Positions 25,526-35,404 of a stretch of 44,342 nucleotides of DNA are shown here, piece after piece. The notes below the pieces were generated by a model. That model made no database searches and was not told the DNA's origin. It was given only the letters and a program-made list of their open reading frames with translations. How positions within the stretch are numbered: the first letter of the stretch is position 1; each line of letters begins with the position of its first letter. The DNA is taken from positions 1 to 44,342 of the forward strand of contig MHUT01000022.1 of assembly GCA_001823535.1 (NCBI GenBank), read 5' to 3'. The stretch comes from Candidatus Yonathbacteria bacterium RIFCSPHIGHO2_02_FULL_44_14 (GTDB lineage: Bacteria > Patescibacteriota > Minisyncoccia > Phycocordibacterales > UBA1550). The position numbers and the translations under genes were made by a program.

Positions 25526-27403
25526 ATGTGTGGCATAAATGGCTTCAATTTCATAGATAAAGGTTTGATTCACGAAATGAATGAAACAACGAAGCATCGT
25601 GGCCCAGACGATACAGGTGTTTTTTTGTCTAAAAATTATTCTCTCGGACACAATCGCTTGTCCATTATTGATTTAAGCCAGGCTGGTCATCAGCCAATGC
25701 ATAGCGAGGATAAACGCTACACCATTGTTTATAATGGAGAGGTTTATAATTTTTTGGACATTAAAAAAGAGCTTATTGCGAAAGGGTATAAATTTGTATC
25801 TCATACTGATACAGAAGTAATTTTATGTGCGTACGAAGAATGGGGAAGTGGTTGTCTGGAGAAACTTAATGGAATGTTTGCGCTTGCCATATTGGACAAT
25901 CAAACCGGGCAATTGTTTTTGGCGCGCGACAGGGTAGGGATAAAACCGCTTTATTATTATTGTAAGGATGGAATATTTATCTTTTCCTCAGAAGCGAAAG
26001 CTATTTTCAAGCACAAGATAGATAAAACTATAAATAAAGACGCTTTAAATATTTATTTTCGCCTTTTATATATTCCAGCTCCGCTCACCATATGGGAAAA
26101 TATTTACAAACTTGAGCCAGGACATTACGCTTTTGTTGAAGGAGGAAATATAAAAATTGAGCGTTACTGGGGAATAGATGAAAAACCCCTTATCTACGAC
26201 AAGAAGTATATAGAGTCTGAAATTTCAAATTTGCTGACTGACTCAATTAAAATGCAGTTGGTGTCTGATCGGTCCGTGGGAGTATTTTTGTCTGGTGGAA
26301 TAGATTCGACGATTATCGCGGGCGTAACTAGTTCATTCTCAAAAAATATAAAAACATTTTCTGTTGGGTTTGAGGAAACAGCGCAGGCGGAGAAATATAA
26401 CAATGATGCAAAAGTTGCACGAAGGACAGCTGAGTACTTTAACACAACTCATACTGAGCTCACTTTGTCTGCAAACGATGTTAAGAGTAGTTTAGAAGAT
26501 GCTATTTATCATATGGATGAGCCGATATCAAACCACGTGCAGGCTGTTAATCTTTTGCTTGCTCGTGAAGCTTCAAAGCAGGTGGCGGTTGTTTTGGGCG
26601 GGGATGGTGGAGATGAATTATTTGGGGGATATGAACGCTATTATTATAATTATTTGATAGATCGTTTCCAAAAAATACCAAAGTTTTTAAGAAAAAATAT
26701 AATAACAGAAACTATCTTTAGGACGGCGAGCAAAAGTAGTCTTTATGAAAAGATAAATACTCCACCAGGGGTTTCTCGGTACCTAAACTTCCTCGCTCAA
26801 AAAGAAGATCAGATAGGATTGTTTCTTCGAAAAGAATACAATAATCCTGACGCAATAAAGGAATGGTATGAAAAATTATATTTCTCTACTGTCGACGAAA
26901 AGAACTTTACGAGGCAATTTATGAGAACAGATTTATTTTCATGGTTGCCAAGCGAGTCGCTTGTGAGGTCTGACAAAATGTCTATGGCATCGGGGCTTGA
27001 GCAACGTGTTCCTTTTTTGGATCATCGGTTAGTTGAATTAGCGGATCGTATCCCCCTTGAATATAAAATAGGCGGGAAAGGAATGCATATAGGGAAAGCA
27101 GGTACTGGATACAAAGGAAAAGATATTCTTAAAAAGGCGATGTCGAAATATTTGCCGGATTTTGTGCTGGACCAGCCCAAGTGGGGATGGTTTTCCCCCG
27201 CAGCGAAATGGATACGAGGAGACCTGAAGGGTTATTTTGAAGAAGTTTTGTCTCCGTCCTATTGCGAGGGTACAAAAGATATGTTTGATTTCGACGCAAT
27301 TCAAAAAATCTTGAAAGACCATCAATCAGGACAGAAGTACGCCCTAAACACCCTGTGGTCAATTTTTACTTTCCAGATTTGGTATAAGCGTTTTATGGAA
27401 TAA
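25526..27403 (+). CDS. asnB: asparagine synthase (glutamine-hydrolysing) family amidotransferase
   Basis: N-terminal MCGI, HRGPD, RLSIIDL, NGEVYN, ARDRVGIKPLYY, LSGGIDS, GDGGDELFGGY, E.RVPFLDH. Confidence 0.93.
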   Translation: MCGINGFNFIDKGLIHEMNETTKHRGPDDTGVFLSKNYSLGHNRLSIIDLSQAGHQPMHSEDKRYTIVYNGEVYNFLDIKKELIAKGYKFVSHTDTEVILCAYEEWGSGCLEKLNGMFALAILDNQTGQLFLARDRVGIKPLYYYCKDGIFIFSSEAKAIFKHKIDKTINKDALNIYFRLLYIPAPLTIWENIYKLEPGHYAFVEGGNIKIERYWGIDEKPLIYDKKYIESEISNLLTDSIKMQLVSDRSVGVFLSGGIDSTIIAGVTSSFSKNIKTFSVGFEETAQAEKYNNDAKVARRTAEYFNTTHTELTLSANDVKSSLEDAIYHMDEPISNHVQAVNLLLAREASKQVAVVLGGDGGDELFGGYERYYYNYLIDRFQKIPKFLRKNIITETIFRTASKSSLYEKINTPPGVSRYLNFLAQKEDQIGLFLRKEYNNPDAIKEWYEKLYFSTVDEKNFTRQFMRTDLFSWLPSESLVRSDKMSMASGLEQRVPFLDHRLVELADRIPLEYKIGGKGMHIGKAGTGYKGKDILKKAMSKYLPDFVLDQPKWGWFSPAAKWIRGDLKGYFEEVLSPSYCEGTKDMFDFDAIQKILKDHQSGQKYALNTLWSIFTFQIWYKRFME

Positions 27404-27407
27404 GTTT

Positions 27408-28205
27408 ATGAAAATACCTTGCAGTGTAGAAATTTTGACCCTAAACTCTGAAAAGACATTGGAACGTTGCCTTAAAAGTGTCCTCGATTTTGAGGATATA
27501 ATTGTTCTTGACGGTAATAGCACCGATGGGACAGTTGAACTGGCCAAAAAATATGGCGCACGCGTCATTTCTCAAACTGATGTACAAGAGAAAGAGGTGA
27601 AGATTAGCGATTTTTCAGCAGTCCGCAATAAAGGGATTCAGCAAGCGAGATACCAGTGGTTTCTTTTTATCGACAGCGACGAATACCTTTCTCCCGAGGC
27701 AGTGGCTGAGATACGAAAGATCGTTGCTCAAGGAGACCGCAATGCATATTATGTGTATAGATTACCAAGAAAGTGTGTTGTGAAAGGTGAGATAGTGGAG
27801 CGTTCATCAACATACCCAAATTATCAGACGCGTTTTTTCTACATTCCAGCAACTTCTGGCTTTATAAAAAAAATTCACGAAAGAATCAGTGTGAAAGAAG
27901 GGTACGAAATAGGGACATTGAAAAACCCTGAGTATGTTCCCATGGACGACATCAGTATCTTAAAGGAAAAGTGGCGCAACTACGCCAAAATGCAAATTCG
28001 CGTGATAAAAATAACACCTAAAACATTTCTCAATCTTCTTTTTAGTAATTCTCTCATTTTTGTGAAATACTTAATAAAATACGCGCTGACATTCATGAGC
28101 GGGGCAGGGAAGAGGATGCCATTTTTGCATGAATGGTATAATGCCTATTATCATGTATGGTTGGTACAAGAAGCATTTATTAGTTTAATAAAATGCAAAA
28201 AATAA
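27408..28205 (+). CDS. glycosyltransferase family 2
   Basis: LDGNSTDGT, DFSAVRN, FIDSDE (DXD), IHE. Confidence 0.9.
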   Translation: MKIPCSVEILTLNSEKTLERCLKSVLDFEDIIVLDGNSTDGTVELAKKYGARVISQTDVQEKEVKISDFSAVRNKGIQQARYQWFLFIDSDEYLSPEAVAEIRKIVAQGDRNAYYVYRLPRKCVVKGEIVERSSTYPNYQTRFFYIPATSGFIKKIHERISVKEGYEIGTLKNPEYVPMDDISILKEKWRNYAKMQIRVIKITPKTFLNLLFSNSLIFVKYLIKYALTFMSGAGKRMPFLHEWYNAYYHVWLVQEAFISLIKCKK

Positions 28206-28207
28206 AT

Positions 28208-28822
28208 ATGAAACCATGGGAATTATTTTTTAAAAATAGGATAAGTAAGCTTTTTTTAGAAAAAAAAAGCGTTATTGATATTGGTGGAGGGCTTAGAATA
28301 AGTTCTAAAAAAGGCAATCGCTATGACGAGAGTCGCCAATGGCTGTTGCCGTTAGTTGAAAAAGTTGATTATAAAATATTAGATCCAGTTCCCGATTACG
28401 AACCGGATATTGTCGGCGACATACACGCATTGCCATTTGCAGATAATTCGGTTGATGCGATTATTTGTCTGGCAGTTTTGGAGCATGTGGAGGACCCAGT
28501 AAAAGCTTGTCGGGAGATTTATAGAACTTTAAAACCCAGAGGGTATGCTTTTGTGTATGTTCCTTTTTTATATTATTATCACGCAGAAAAGGCGTACTAT
28601 AAAGATTATTGGAGATTTACAGAGGATTCAGTCAGAATGATATTCAAGGATTTTTCGCAGTTGGAAATTTGCTCAGTCCGCGGTGCTCTGGGGACATGGA
28701 TCAGAATCAGTCCCTTGGGGCGGTTTAAATTTGTTGAAAATTTATTTTATTTTTTTGATAAAATTTTTGACAAAATAAATTCAAAACAAGTCAGCGGGTA
28801 CAATATATTTTTAGTTAAATGA
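28208..28822 (+). CDS. class I SAM-dependent methyltransferase (type 11)
   Basis: IDIGGG, GDIHALPF.DNSVD, VLEHV, LKP.G, DYWRFT; alternative start 28193. Confidence 0.9.
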   Translation: MKPWELFFKNRISKLFLEKKSVIDIGGGLRISSKKGNRYDESRQWLLPLVEKVDYKILDPVPDYEPDIVGDIHALPFADNSVDAIICLAVLEHVEDPVKACREIYRTLKPRGYAFVYVPFLYYYHAEKAYYKDYWRFTEDSVRMIFKDFSQLEICSVRGALGTWIRISPLGRFKFVENLFYFFDKIFDKINSKQVSGYNIFLVK

Positions 28823-29964
28823 AATTAATTTATCTCGCAAATATCCGACTCCCTACAGAAAAAGCACATGGAATTCAGATTATGAAGATGTGCGAGGCTT
28901 TTGCGAATACACAAGATATGGAAGTGGAACTGGTTATTCCACAGCGTCTTAACCCAATCAAGGAGAACCCTTTTGTCTATTATGGAGTGAGAGAAAATTT
29001 CACCATTACAAAAATCCCAACCCTCGACCTTGTTTCTTATGGAAAGATAGGTTTCTTTTTACAAGTATTATCTTTTTCCTTTTTTGCGCTCTTCTACACA
29101 CTTTTTTCTGGAAAAGCCCATGTGATTTATTCTCGTGACGAATTGCCTCTGTACATCCTCAGTTTTTTTAAAAAGAATATTTTTTGGGAAACACACGCGA
29201 AAAAGGATAATTTTTTCGCTGTTCGCGTGTTGCATTCCGCGCGCGGGATTATCTCTGTCACTCAGGGTCTAAAGGATTTTTATGTTACAAAAGGTGTGAA
29301 TAAGGAAAAGATTCTTGTGGCATCTGACGGTGTGGATATTCGACAATTTGATACAAAGAAAAACAATACGGAGTCAAGAGAAGGTTTTGGACTCCCAAAG
29401 GACAAAAAAATCATCGGCTATGTCGGTAAATATAAGACTATGGGAGAGCCGAAAGGGGTAGATGATTTGATTACGAGTTTTACTCAAGTCCTAGTATCTG
29501 CACTGGATGCATTCCTGCTACTTGTCGGAATAAATGAGAATGAGGTCACGGAGGTGAAAAAAGTATTTCAGCGTGCAGGAGTCGGTGAGGAGCATTATAA
29601 AATCGTTGCTCATCTCCCCCAGCAAGAAGCATTCATGTATATGAAAGCGTCTGACGTGTTGGTGATGAATTATCCCAATACTCCACATTATGCACACTAC
29701 ATGTCACCACTCAAGCTTTTTGAATACATGGCGAGCGGTGTGCCGATTATTACTACAGACCTGCCATCCGTGAGAGAAATATTGAATGAAAGCAACGCCC
29801 TTATTGTCAAAAATGAAAATGTTGACGGTTTATCAAAGGGTCTGTGCTTTCTCTTGGAAAATGCCGAATTTTCGGCTAAGATTGCTGAACAGGCGCATAG
29901 AGATGTGCAGAATTATACGTGGAAAAAGCGGGCTGCTGCGATATCGTTGTTTATGGGAATATAA
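28819..29964 (+). CDS. glycosyltransferase family 4
   Basis: R.PTEKAHGIQI..MC, DGVD, KGV, SPLKLFEYMASG. Confidence 0.92.
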   Translation: MKLIYLANIRLPTEKAHGIQIMKMCEAFANTQDMEVELVIPQRLNPIKENPFVYYGVRENFTITKIPTLDLVSYGKIGFFLQVLSFSFFALFYTLFSGKAHVIYSRDELPLYILSFFKKNIFWETHAKKDNFFAVRVLHSARGIISVTQGLKDFYVTKGVNKEKILVASDGVDIRQFDTKKNNTESREGFGLPKDKKIIGYVGKYKTMGEPKGVDDLITSFTQVLVSALDAFLLLVGINENEVTEVKKVFQRAGVGEEHYKIVAHLPQQEAFMYMKASDVLVMNYPNTPHYAHYMSPLKLFEYMASGVPIITTDLPSVREILNESNALIVKNENVDGLSKGLCFLLENAEFSAKIAEQAHRDVQNYTWKKRAAAISLFMGI

Positions 29965-31064
29965 TGAAAAACATTAAATACAAAAGGATTTGTTTTATTT
30001 TTGGCACAAGGCCTGAAATAATCAAAATGGCACCCGTGATCCACGAGTGCATCAAGCGAAAGGTGCCTTTTTTTGTATTGCATACTCATCAGCATTACTC
30101 TGAAAATCTCGATAAAGTTTTTTTTAAGGATTTGAACTTACCATTTCCTAAATATAATCTCGAGATTGGTTCGGGGTCTCATGGGGCTCAAACGGGGAAA
30201 ATGCTCATAGAGATTGAAGGAATTTTGATAAATGAAAAACCAAACATTGTGCTTGTTCAAGGAGATACGAATACTGTTTTAGCGGGAGCGATTACAGCGA
30301 CAAAACTTCATATCCCTGTTGGGCATATAGAAGCAGGGTTACGGTCTTATGACCGTCAGATGCCTGAGGAATTGAATAGGGTAATGGTTGATCATATTTC
30401 TGATTTTTTATTCACTCCAACCAGAGAATCAAAAAATATTTTACTTAAAGAAGGGATCGATGCTAAAAAAATATTTTTTGTTGGCAATACTGTCGTTGAT
30501 GCTGTTAAGCAGAATATAAAAATTTCTGATTCATCTCGTGTACTAAAAACAATGGGCTTGTCGCCTAAAAAATATTTTCTAGTGACAGCACATCGCCAAG
30601 AAAATGTTGACAACAAAGAGCGTCTTGAGTCTCTTTTAAAAAGTCTTATGCTTGTCAGTAAAAAATATAACATGCCCATCGTTTTTCCAGTTCACCCGCG
30701 AGCAAGTAAAATGATCAAACATTTTGGAATTCAAGTTGATGATACTGTTCGATTTGTAGAGCCAGTTGGGTACCTTGATTTTCTTCAACTAAGTAGTAAT
30801 GCCCGGTTACTCCTTACTGATTCTGGAGGACTGCAAGAAGAAGCGTCGATTCTAAAGGTCCCTTGTGTCACCTTGCGTGATAATACTGAGCGCCCAGAGA
30901 CACTTATTGGGGGCGGAAATCGTATTGCTGGAGTTTCGCAAAAGCGTATTTTGAAATGTGTTCAAGAGATAATGGATAATAAACAATCAATCAAATGGGG
31001 GACGCCATTTGGAAAAGGTGACGCTTCTCAAAAAATGCTTAATATTATTTTGAAACATATATGA
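29964..31064 (+). CDS. wecB: non-hydrolysing UDP-N-acetylglucosamine 2-epimerase family (copy 2)
   Basis: GTRPEIIKM, QGDTNT, HIEAGLRS, MPEELNR, TAHRQEN, TDSGGLQEE, TERPET; start coupled to upstream stop (TAATG). Confidence 0.92.
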   Translation: MKNIKYKRICFIFGTRPEIIKMAPVIHECIKRKVPFFVLHTHQHYSENLDKVFFKDLNLPFPKYNLEIGSGSHGAQTGKMLIEIEGILINEKPNIVLVQGDTNTVLAGAITATKLHIPVGHIEAGLRSYDRQMPEELNRVMVDHISDFLFTPTRESKNILLKEGIDAKKIFFVGNTVVDAVKQNIKISDSSRVLKTMGLSPKKYFLVTAHRQENVDNKERLESLLKSLMLVSKKYNMPIVFPVHPRASKMIKHFGIQVDDTVRFVEPVGYLDFLQLSSNARLLLTDSGGLQEEASILKVPCVTLRDNTERPETLIGGGNRIAGVSQKRILKCVQEIMDNKQSIKWGTPFGKGDASQKMLNIILKHI

Positions 31065-32224
31065 AAATATTAATGACCAGTGATACCTTCTTGCCCTTGA
31101 TTGGTGGGGCGGAAATTCATGTTCAAAATTTAATTGAAGAGCTTGAAAAAGATGGAAATAGTATTGTGTTGGTGACCAACGAAACGAGGGTGAGCGATTT
31201 CGATAAAAGTCATTCAGTAATAAGAACACCTTGGAATAGAAAAGGAATCTTGCCTCTTTTTTTGTTGCTCTGGCATGAGTCAAAAGAAGCTGATATTATC
31301 CATTGTCATTATTCTTACCGTCTTTCTGCTGTTGCGTGTATTGTTGGTAGATTGCGCAATATACCTGTGGTGGTAGTTTTGCATGGCTTAGGTACTCTGA
31401 ATATTCCTCATGCTGAATTTATTTATCGCACTATTCATTCGATTTACAGATATATCTCCCTTGTTTTTTCAACACATATTATTTCTACATCTGATGACCT
31501 TGCGCAGGTCGCTCGAAAGTATGTTTCAAATAAAAAGATTAGCATTATCTTAAATGGCTATGATAAAGAAAAGTTCAATACCAATGTTTCTATTTCCGAT
31601 AGTCTCAGGAAACAATATGAAAACAACCACGTTATTTTAACCGTGCGTCGTTTGGTTCCTAAAAATGGAATTCATTTTTTAGTCGAAGCAATCCCGTATA
31701 TTGTTGCAAAAATCCCAAACATTAAATATGTCATGATTGGTGATGGTAGAATGAGGGAATATATTGAAGAACGAATTAATAAACTAGGTATTCAGAAATA
31801 TATCGATATGCTTGGGTCGGTCGAAAATGATCAAATTCCTGCGTATTTGAAGCTTGCTGAGGTGGTAGTGTTCCCGTCGACGGCAGAGTCGTCGAGTATC
31901 GCGTGTGCAGAGGCGATGGGGATGGGGAAGGGTATTGTTGCAAGCAGGGTCGGGGGTCTTCCGGAGCTTCTTGGTAAAAACGAGGAAAGGGGGAGACTTG
32001 TGCGCCTTGTGTCATGGGAGGGGTCCAATTATGACGCACCGCTCTCGCTCGGAAAAGAACGATATCAAGAATTGGCGGATGTTATTAGCGAAAGTATCTT
32101 GACTCCCGATATTACGAGAGCTACAGCTGCCCTGCAATATGCAGAAAAAGAATTAAGCTGGGAAGCTATTGGCAAAAAGACATTAGCTGTATACTCTAGT
32201 CTAATAAACAGAAATGAAAAGTAA
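31061..32224 (+). CDS. glycosyltransferase family 4
   Basis: GGAE, RRLVPKNG, GDG, PSTAESSSIACAEAM, VGGLPE. Confidence 0.92.
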   Translation: MKILMTSDTFLPLIGGAEIHVQNLIEELEKDGNSIVLVTNETRVSDFDKSHSVIRTPWNRKGILPLFLLLWHESKEADIIHCHYSYRLSAVACIVGRLRNIPVVVVLHGLGTLNIPHAEFIYRTIHSIYRYISLVFSTHIISTSDDLAQVARKYVSNKKISIILNGYDKEKFNTNVSISDSLRKQYENNHVILTVRRLVPKNGIHFLVEAIPYIVAKIPNIKYVMIGDGRMREYIEERINKLGIQKYIDMLGSVENDQIPAYLKLAEVVVFPSTAESSSIACAEAMGMGKGIVASRVGGLPELLGKNEERGRLVRLVSWEGSNYDAPLSLGKERYQELADVISESILTPDITRATAALQYAEKELSWEAIGKKTLAVYSSLINRNEK

Positions 32225-33026
32225 TGATATAAAAAATTTTTACAGCGATTATGCTGATGAAATCATAGAAAAAAGATTGCGCTCGCCATATCGTTTACGT
32301 CAATACGCGCACATTAAACAATATGAAAGCATATTGAATTTTGTTGCCCCCGGCATGAAAGTACTCGACGCAGGGTGTGGGGAGGGGGTACTCTCTGTTA
32401 TGATGGCTAAAAAAGGTGCGATAGTTACAGGTTGCGATTTGTCTAAACCAAATGTAGATAAATCCAAAATGTATGCAATTGAAAGTAGAGTAGGAGACAA
32501 TACGAATTTTTTAGTTGGCGATGCAGAAGAATTGCCATTCCCAGATAATACATTCGATCTCGTGGTTAGTTCACACGTACTTGAGCATCTCCCAGACTTT
32601 GATCAGGGATTAAGAGAGATAATGAGGGTCACCAAAAAACGCGCTGTTATTGCGATACCAACAGTTTTAAATCTATGTTCACTTGTTCAAGTAGGACATG
32701 GATGGTTTTATTTGAAGGGTCCAAAATCTTTTTTTGCACTACCTTTTGGTTTCCTAAAAACATTTATCGCATTTCTTTTTAATAAAGAGGGTGTCAATGA
32801 ATCATATGCTGGAAATGATGCGGTACCACATGTTTTTCGTTTTCCATCGGTGATGAAGGAAAAAATAAAAAAGAATGGTTTTAAACTCATTTCGTATGAA
32901 GCATCAAGTATTTGTTTGCCTTATTTTGAATTCTTGTTACCATTAATAAAAATTCTAGATAAACACAAAAGCAAAATGATATTGAGGGGGCTTGGTTATG
33001 GGACTACGTTTGTGGTTGAAAAGTAG
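32214..33026 (+). CDS. class I SAM-dependent methyltransferase
   Basis: VLDAGCGEG, GDAEELPFPDNTFD, HVLEHL. Confidence 0.9.
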   Translation: MKSNDIKNFYSDYADEIIEKRLRSPYRLRQYAHIKQYESILNFVAPGMKVLDAGCGEGVLSVMMAKKGAIVTGCDLSKPNVDKSKMYAIESRVGDNTNFLVGDAEELPFPDNTFDLVVSSHVLEHLPDFDQGLREIMRVTKKRAVIAIPTVLNLCSLVQVGHGWFYLKGPKSFFALPFGFLKTFIAFLFNKEGVNESYAGNDAVPHVFRFPSVMKEKIKKNGFKLISYEASSICLPYFEFLLPLIKILDKHKSKMILRGLGYGTTFVVEK

Positions 33027-33063
33027 CTGGTATTCTGTTAAACTGTCGCTAAATATAGTCATT

Positions 33064-33696
33064 ATGAATGATACTAATTTGAGAAAAATTAAGGCAATCC
33101 TGTTTGATTTGGATGGTGTTCTCGTAAATATGCCAGACGGGCACTACGTGGCACTCAATAAAGCACTTGACCTCTTTGGTGTGTGTATTAACGAGGATGA
33201 ACACTATGCTCATTTTAATGGGTTACCAACAAAAAAGAAGCTAGAGGAACTTGAGGAACAAAAGCGTCTACCAGTTGGTCTGAGAGAATTTATTAATGGA
33301 ATAAAACAGAAGTACACAAAAGAAATTATTCCCAATTATTGTGTTCCAGATTATTCAAAAATTATTCTTCTGCGCCATCTTAAAGAACAAGGATTCAAAC
33401 TTGGGTGTTGCTCAAATTCCACAAAAGAAACACTTCACTTAATGTTGAAATCTGCTCAACTTTTTGAATTCTTTGATGTAATCATTGGAAATGATGAAGT
33501 TACAAACCCGAAACCAAGCCCAGAGATATATCAGGTGGCGTTTGAGAAACTCCGTGTTTCGCCAGAAGAGTGTATCATCATCGAAGATTCCCCTCACGGC
33601 ATTGCATCGGCTAAAGCGAGCGGTGCGACAGTTTACGAGGTTCGAGATGTCGATGACGTAACCCTGTCCTTGTTTGAAAAAGTTTTATCAAAATAA
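33064..33696 (+). CDS. HAD-superfamily phosphatase (beta-PGM-like cap)
   Basis: FDLDGVL (motif I), CSN (II), KPSPEIY (III), EDSPHG (IV); start moved to ATG 33064. Confidence 0.9.
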   Translation: MNDTNLRKIKAILFDLDGVLVNMPDGHYVALNKALDLFGVCINEDEHYAHFNGLPTKKKLEELEEQKRLPVGLREFINGIKQKYTKEIIPNYCVPDYSKIILLRHLKEQGFKLGCCSNSTKETLHLMLKSAQLFEFFDVIIGNDEVTNPKPSPEIYQVAFEKLRVSPEECIIIEDSPHGIASAKASGATVYEVRDVDDVTLSLFEKVLSK

Positions 33697-33708
33697 ATAA
33701 ACTATACT

Positions 33709-34455
33709 ATGCTTAATATTGTAATCCCCATGGCTGGGAAAGGTTCTCGTTTCCAAGATGCTGGCTACGCATTTCCTAAGCCACTTATTGATATCAATGG
33801 TGAAACGATGATCGAAGTCGTTATCAGAAATCTGAAACCTAAATGTGAGCATAAATTTATTTTTATCTGTCAAAGGGAGCATTATGAAAAATATGATCTT
33901 CATAATGTCTTAAAGAATGCGACTGATAATAATTTCGAGGTTATTCTGTTGAATGGCATTACGCAAGGAGCCGCTTGCACAGTTTTGGCTGCTGCACAAT
34001 ATCTTAACAACAATGACGATTTAATTATTGCCAATTCTGACCAATATGTTGAGTTTGATATCAATGACTTCATAGAGAATTCCCGCAAAGATAACAAAGA
34101 CGGACTCATCATGACATTCAAAGCAAGTCACCCAAAGTGGAGCTATGTTCGCATCGATGACACAGGAAAGGTCCTCGAGGTTGCAGAAAAGAAAGTGATC
34201 TCTGACAAGGCAACTGTAGGCATCTATTATTACAAAAAAGGCAGCGATTTTGTGGAAGGGGCACAGGCGATGATTCATAAAGATATTCGCCACAATAATG
34301 AATTCTATGTATGTCCTGTATACAATGAGCTTATTCTTAGTGGGAAAAAAATTTATATCTATAACATTGACGCAGGAGAAATGCATGGGCTCGGGACACC
34401 AGAAGATCTGGATGCATTTCTGAAGAAAATAGAGGAAGGAAAAATAGAAATATAA
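33709..34455 (+). CDS. sugar-phosphate nucleotidyltransferase-like GT-A protein
   Basis: IPMAGKGSRF...PKPLI, GAACTVL, NSDQ, AEK, EFYV.PVYN, GLGTPEDL. Confidence 0.85.
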   Translation: MLNIVIPMAGKGSRFQDAGYAFPKPLIDINGETMIEVVIRNLKPKCEHKFIFICQREHYEKYDLHNVLKNATDNNFEVILLNGITQGAACTVLAAAQYLNNNDDLIIANSDQYVEFDINDFIENSRKDNKDGLIMTFKASHPKWSYVRIDDTGKVLEVAEKKVISDKATVGIYYYKKGSDFVEGAQAMIHKDIRHNNEFYVCPVYNELILSGKKIYIYNIDAGEMHGLGTPEDLDAFLKKIEEGKIEI

Positions 34456-35384
34456 TGCATATTGCGGGTAATAAAAAAGAAGGGAAAGAAGACAGGATAC
34501 TTGTGTGTGTTCCTTCTTACAACGCAGAAGAGTCTATCGTTGCAACCATAGAAAGTGCGCTCAACCAGTCAATAAAAAACTTTAAAATTTTGGTTGTTGA
34601 TAACTGCTCAACCGATAATACTGCTGAAGTTGTTGAAAGGATGCGTCACGTCACTGATAATTCTAAAAAAATAGAATTCATTGCAAATCCCTTAAATCTT
34701 GGGCGGATTCAAAACTGGAATAAATGCATCGAATTGTTTTTGTCGAGCGACTTTGATTACCTTAAATTTCTGTTTACTGGCGATACGCTACAGAAAAATG
34801 GCCTCGAGATGTTGCTAAATGGCTTCAAGAAGTATGACGGTAAACTCGGGATTGTTGTTGCTGGATATAGTGCCACTGAAAAAGATTTAGTGAAAAAAGC
34901 TCAGATGTTCAGTGGGGAAAAATATTTAACTCCTAAGGACGGGCTGATGTTTTTTGTAAAAAATGGGAATTGGGTTGGAGCCCCGCTTTCGTGCATGTTC
35001 TCCAAAAATGCAGTACGCGAAATTAGCTTTAACGAGAGTTTTGATTTTACTTCTGACTATATGTTTTATATAAATTTAGTTTCCAAGTATAATGCTTTGT
35101 GTATTGATAAAAACATCGGCAATTTTTCTTTGCTACAAAGGAAGCATTTACAAAAATATAAGGCTAGTTTATTTGCTAAAATTGAGGAAATACATGCAAG
35201 ATATTTTGCGCTAGCAAGATTAAAGAAATACATTTCAGATCCAGAAGAAAAAGCATTAACAAGCTACTTAAATAAAGAAAGTGCAAAAATTATTATATTT
35301 CATACATCATTTTTAGATTCATTAGATATATTTTTATATAAAATAAAAATGTCACTCAGCAGTGTGTGGCATAGGGTTCGGTAG
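34455..35384 (+). CDS. glycosyltransferase family 2
   Basis: VPSYNAE, VVDNCSTDNT, NLG...NWN, FLFTGD. Confidence 0.88.
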   Translation: MHIAGNKKEGKEDRILVCVPSYNAEESIVATIESALNQSIKNFKILVVDNCSTDNTAEVVERMRHVTDNSKKIEFIANPLNLGRIQNWNKCIELFLSSDFDYLKFLFTGDTLQKNGLEMLLNGFKKYDGKLGIVVAGYSATEKDLVKKAQMFSGEKYLTPKDGLMFFVKNGNWVGAPLSCMFSKNAVREISFNESFDFTSDYMFYINLVSKYNALCIDKNIGNFSLLQRKHLQKYKASLFAKIEEIHARYFALARLKKYISDPEEKALTSYLNKESAKIIIFHTSFLDSLDIFLYKIKMSLSSVWHRVR

Positions 35385-35404
35385 GTTAAAATAAGTCTTT
35401 ACTC

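Noticed and set aside
28251-28268. T7/A9 homopolymers as phase-variation tracts
   Set aside because: Expected in AT-rich sequence; the frame is intact and no long poly-G/C tracts were seen
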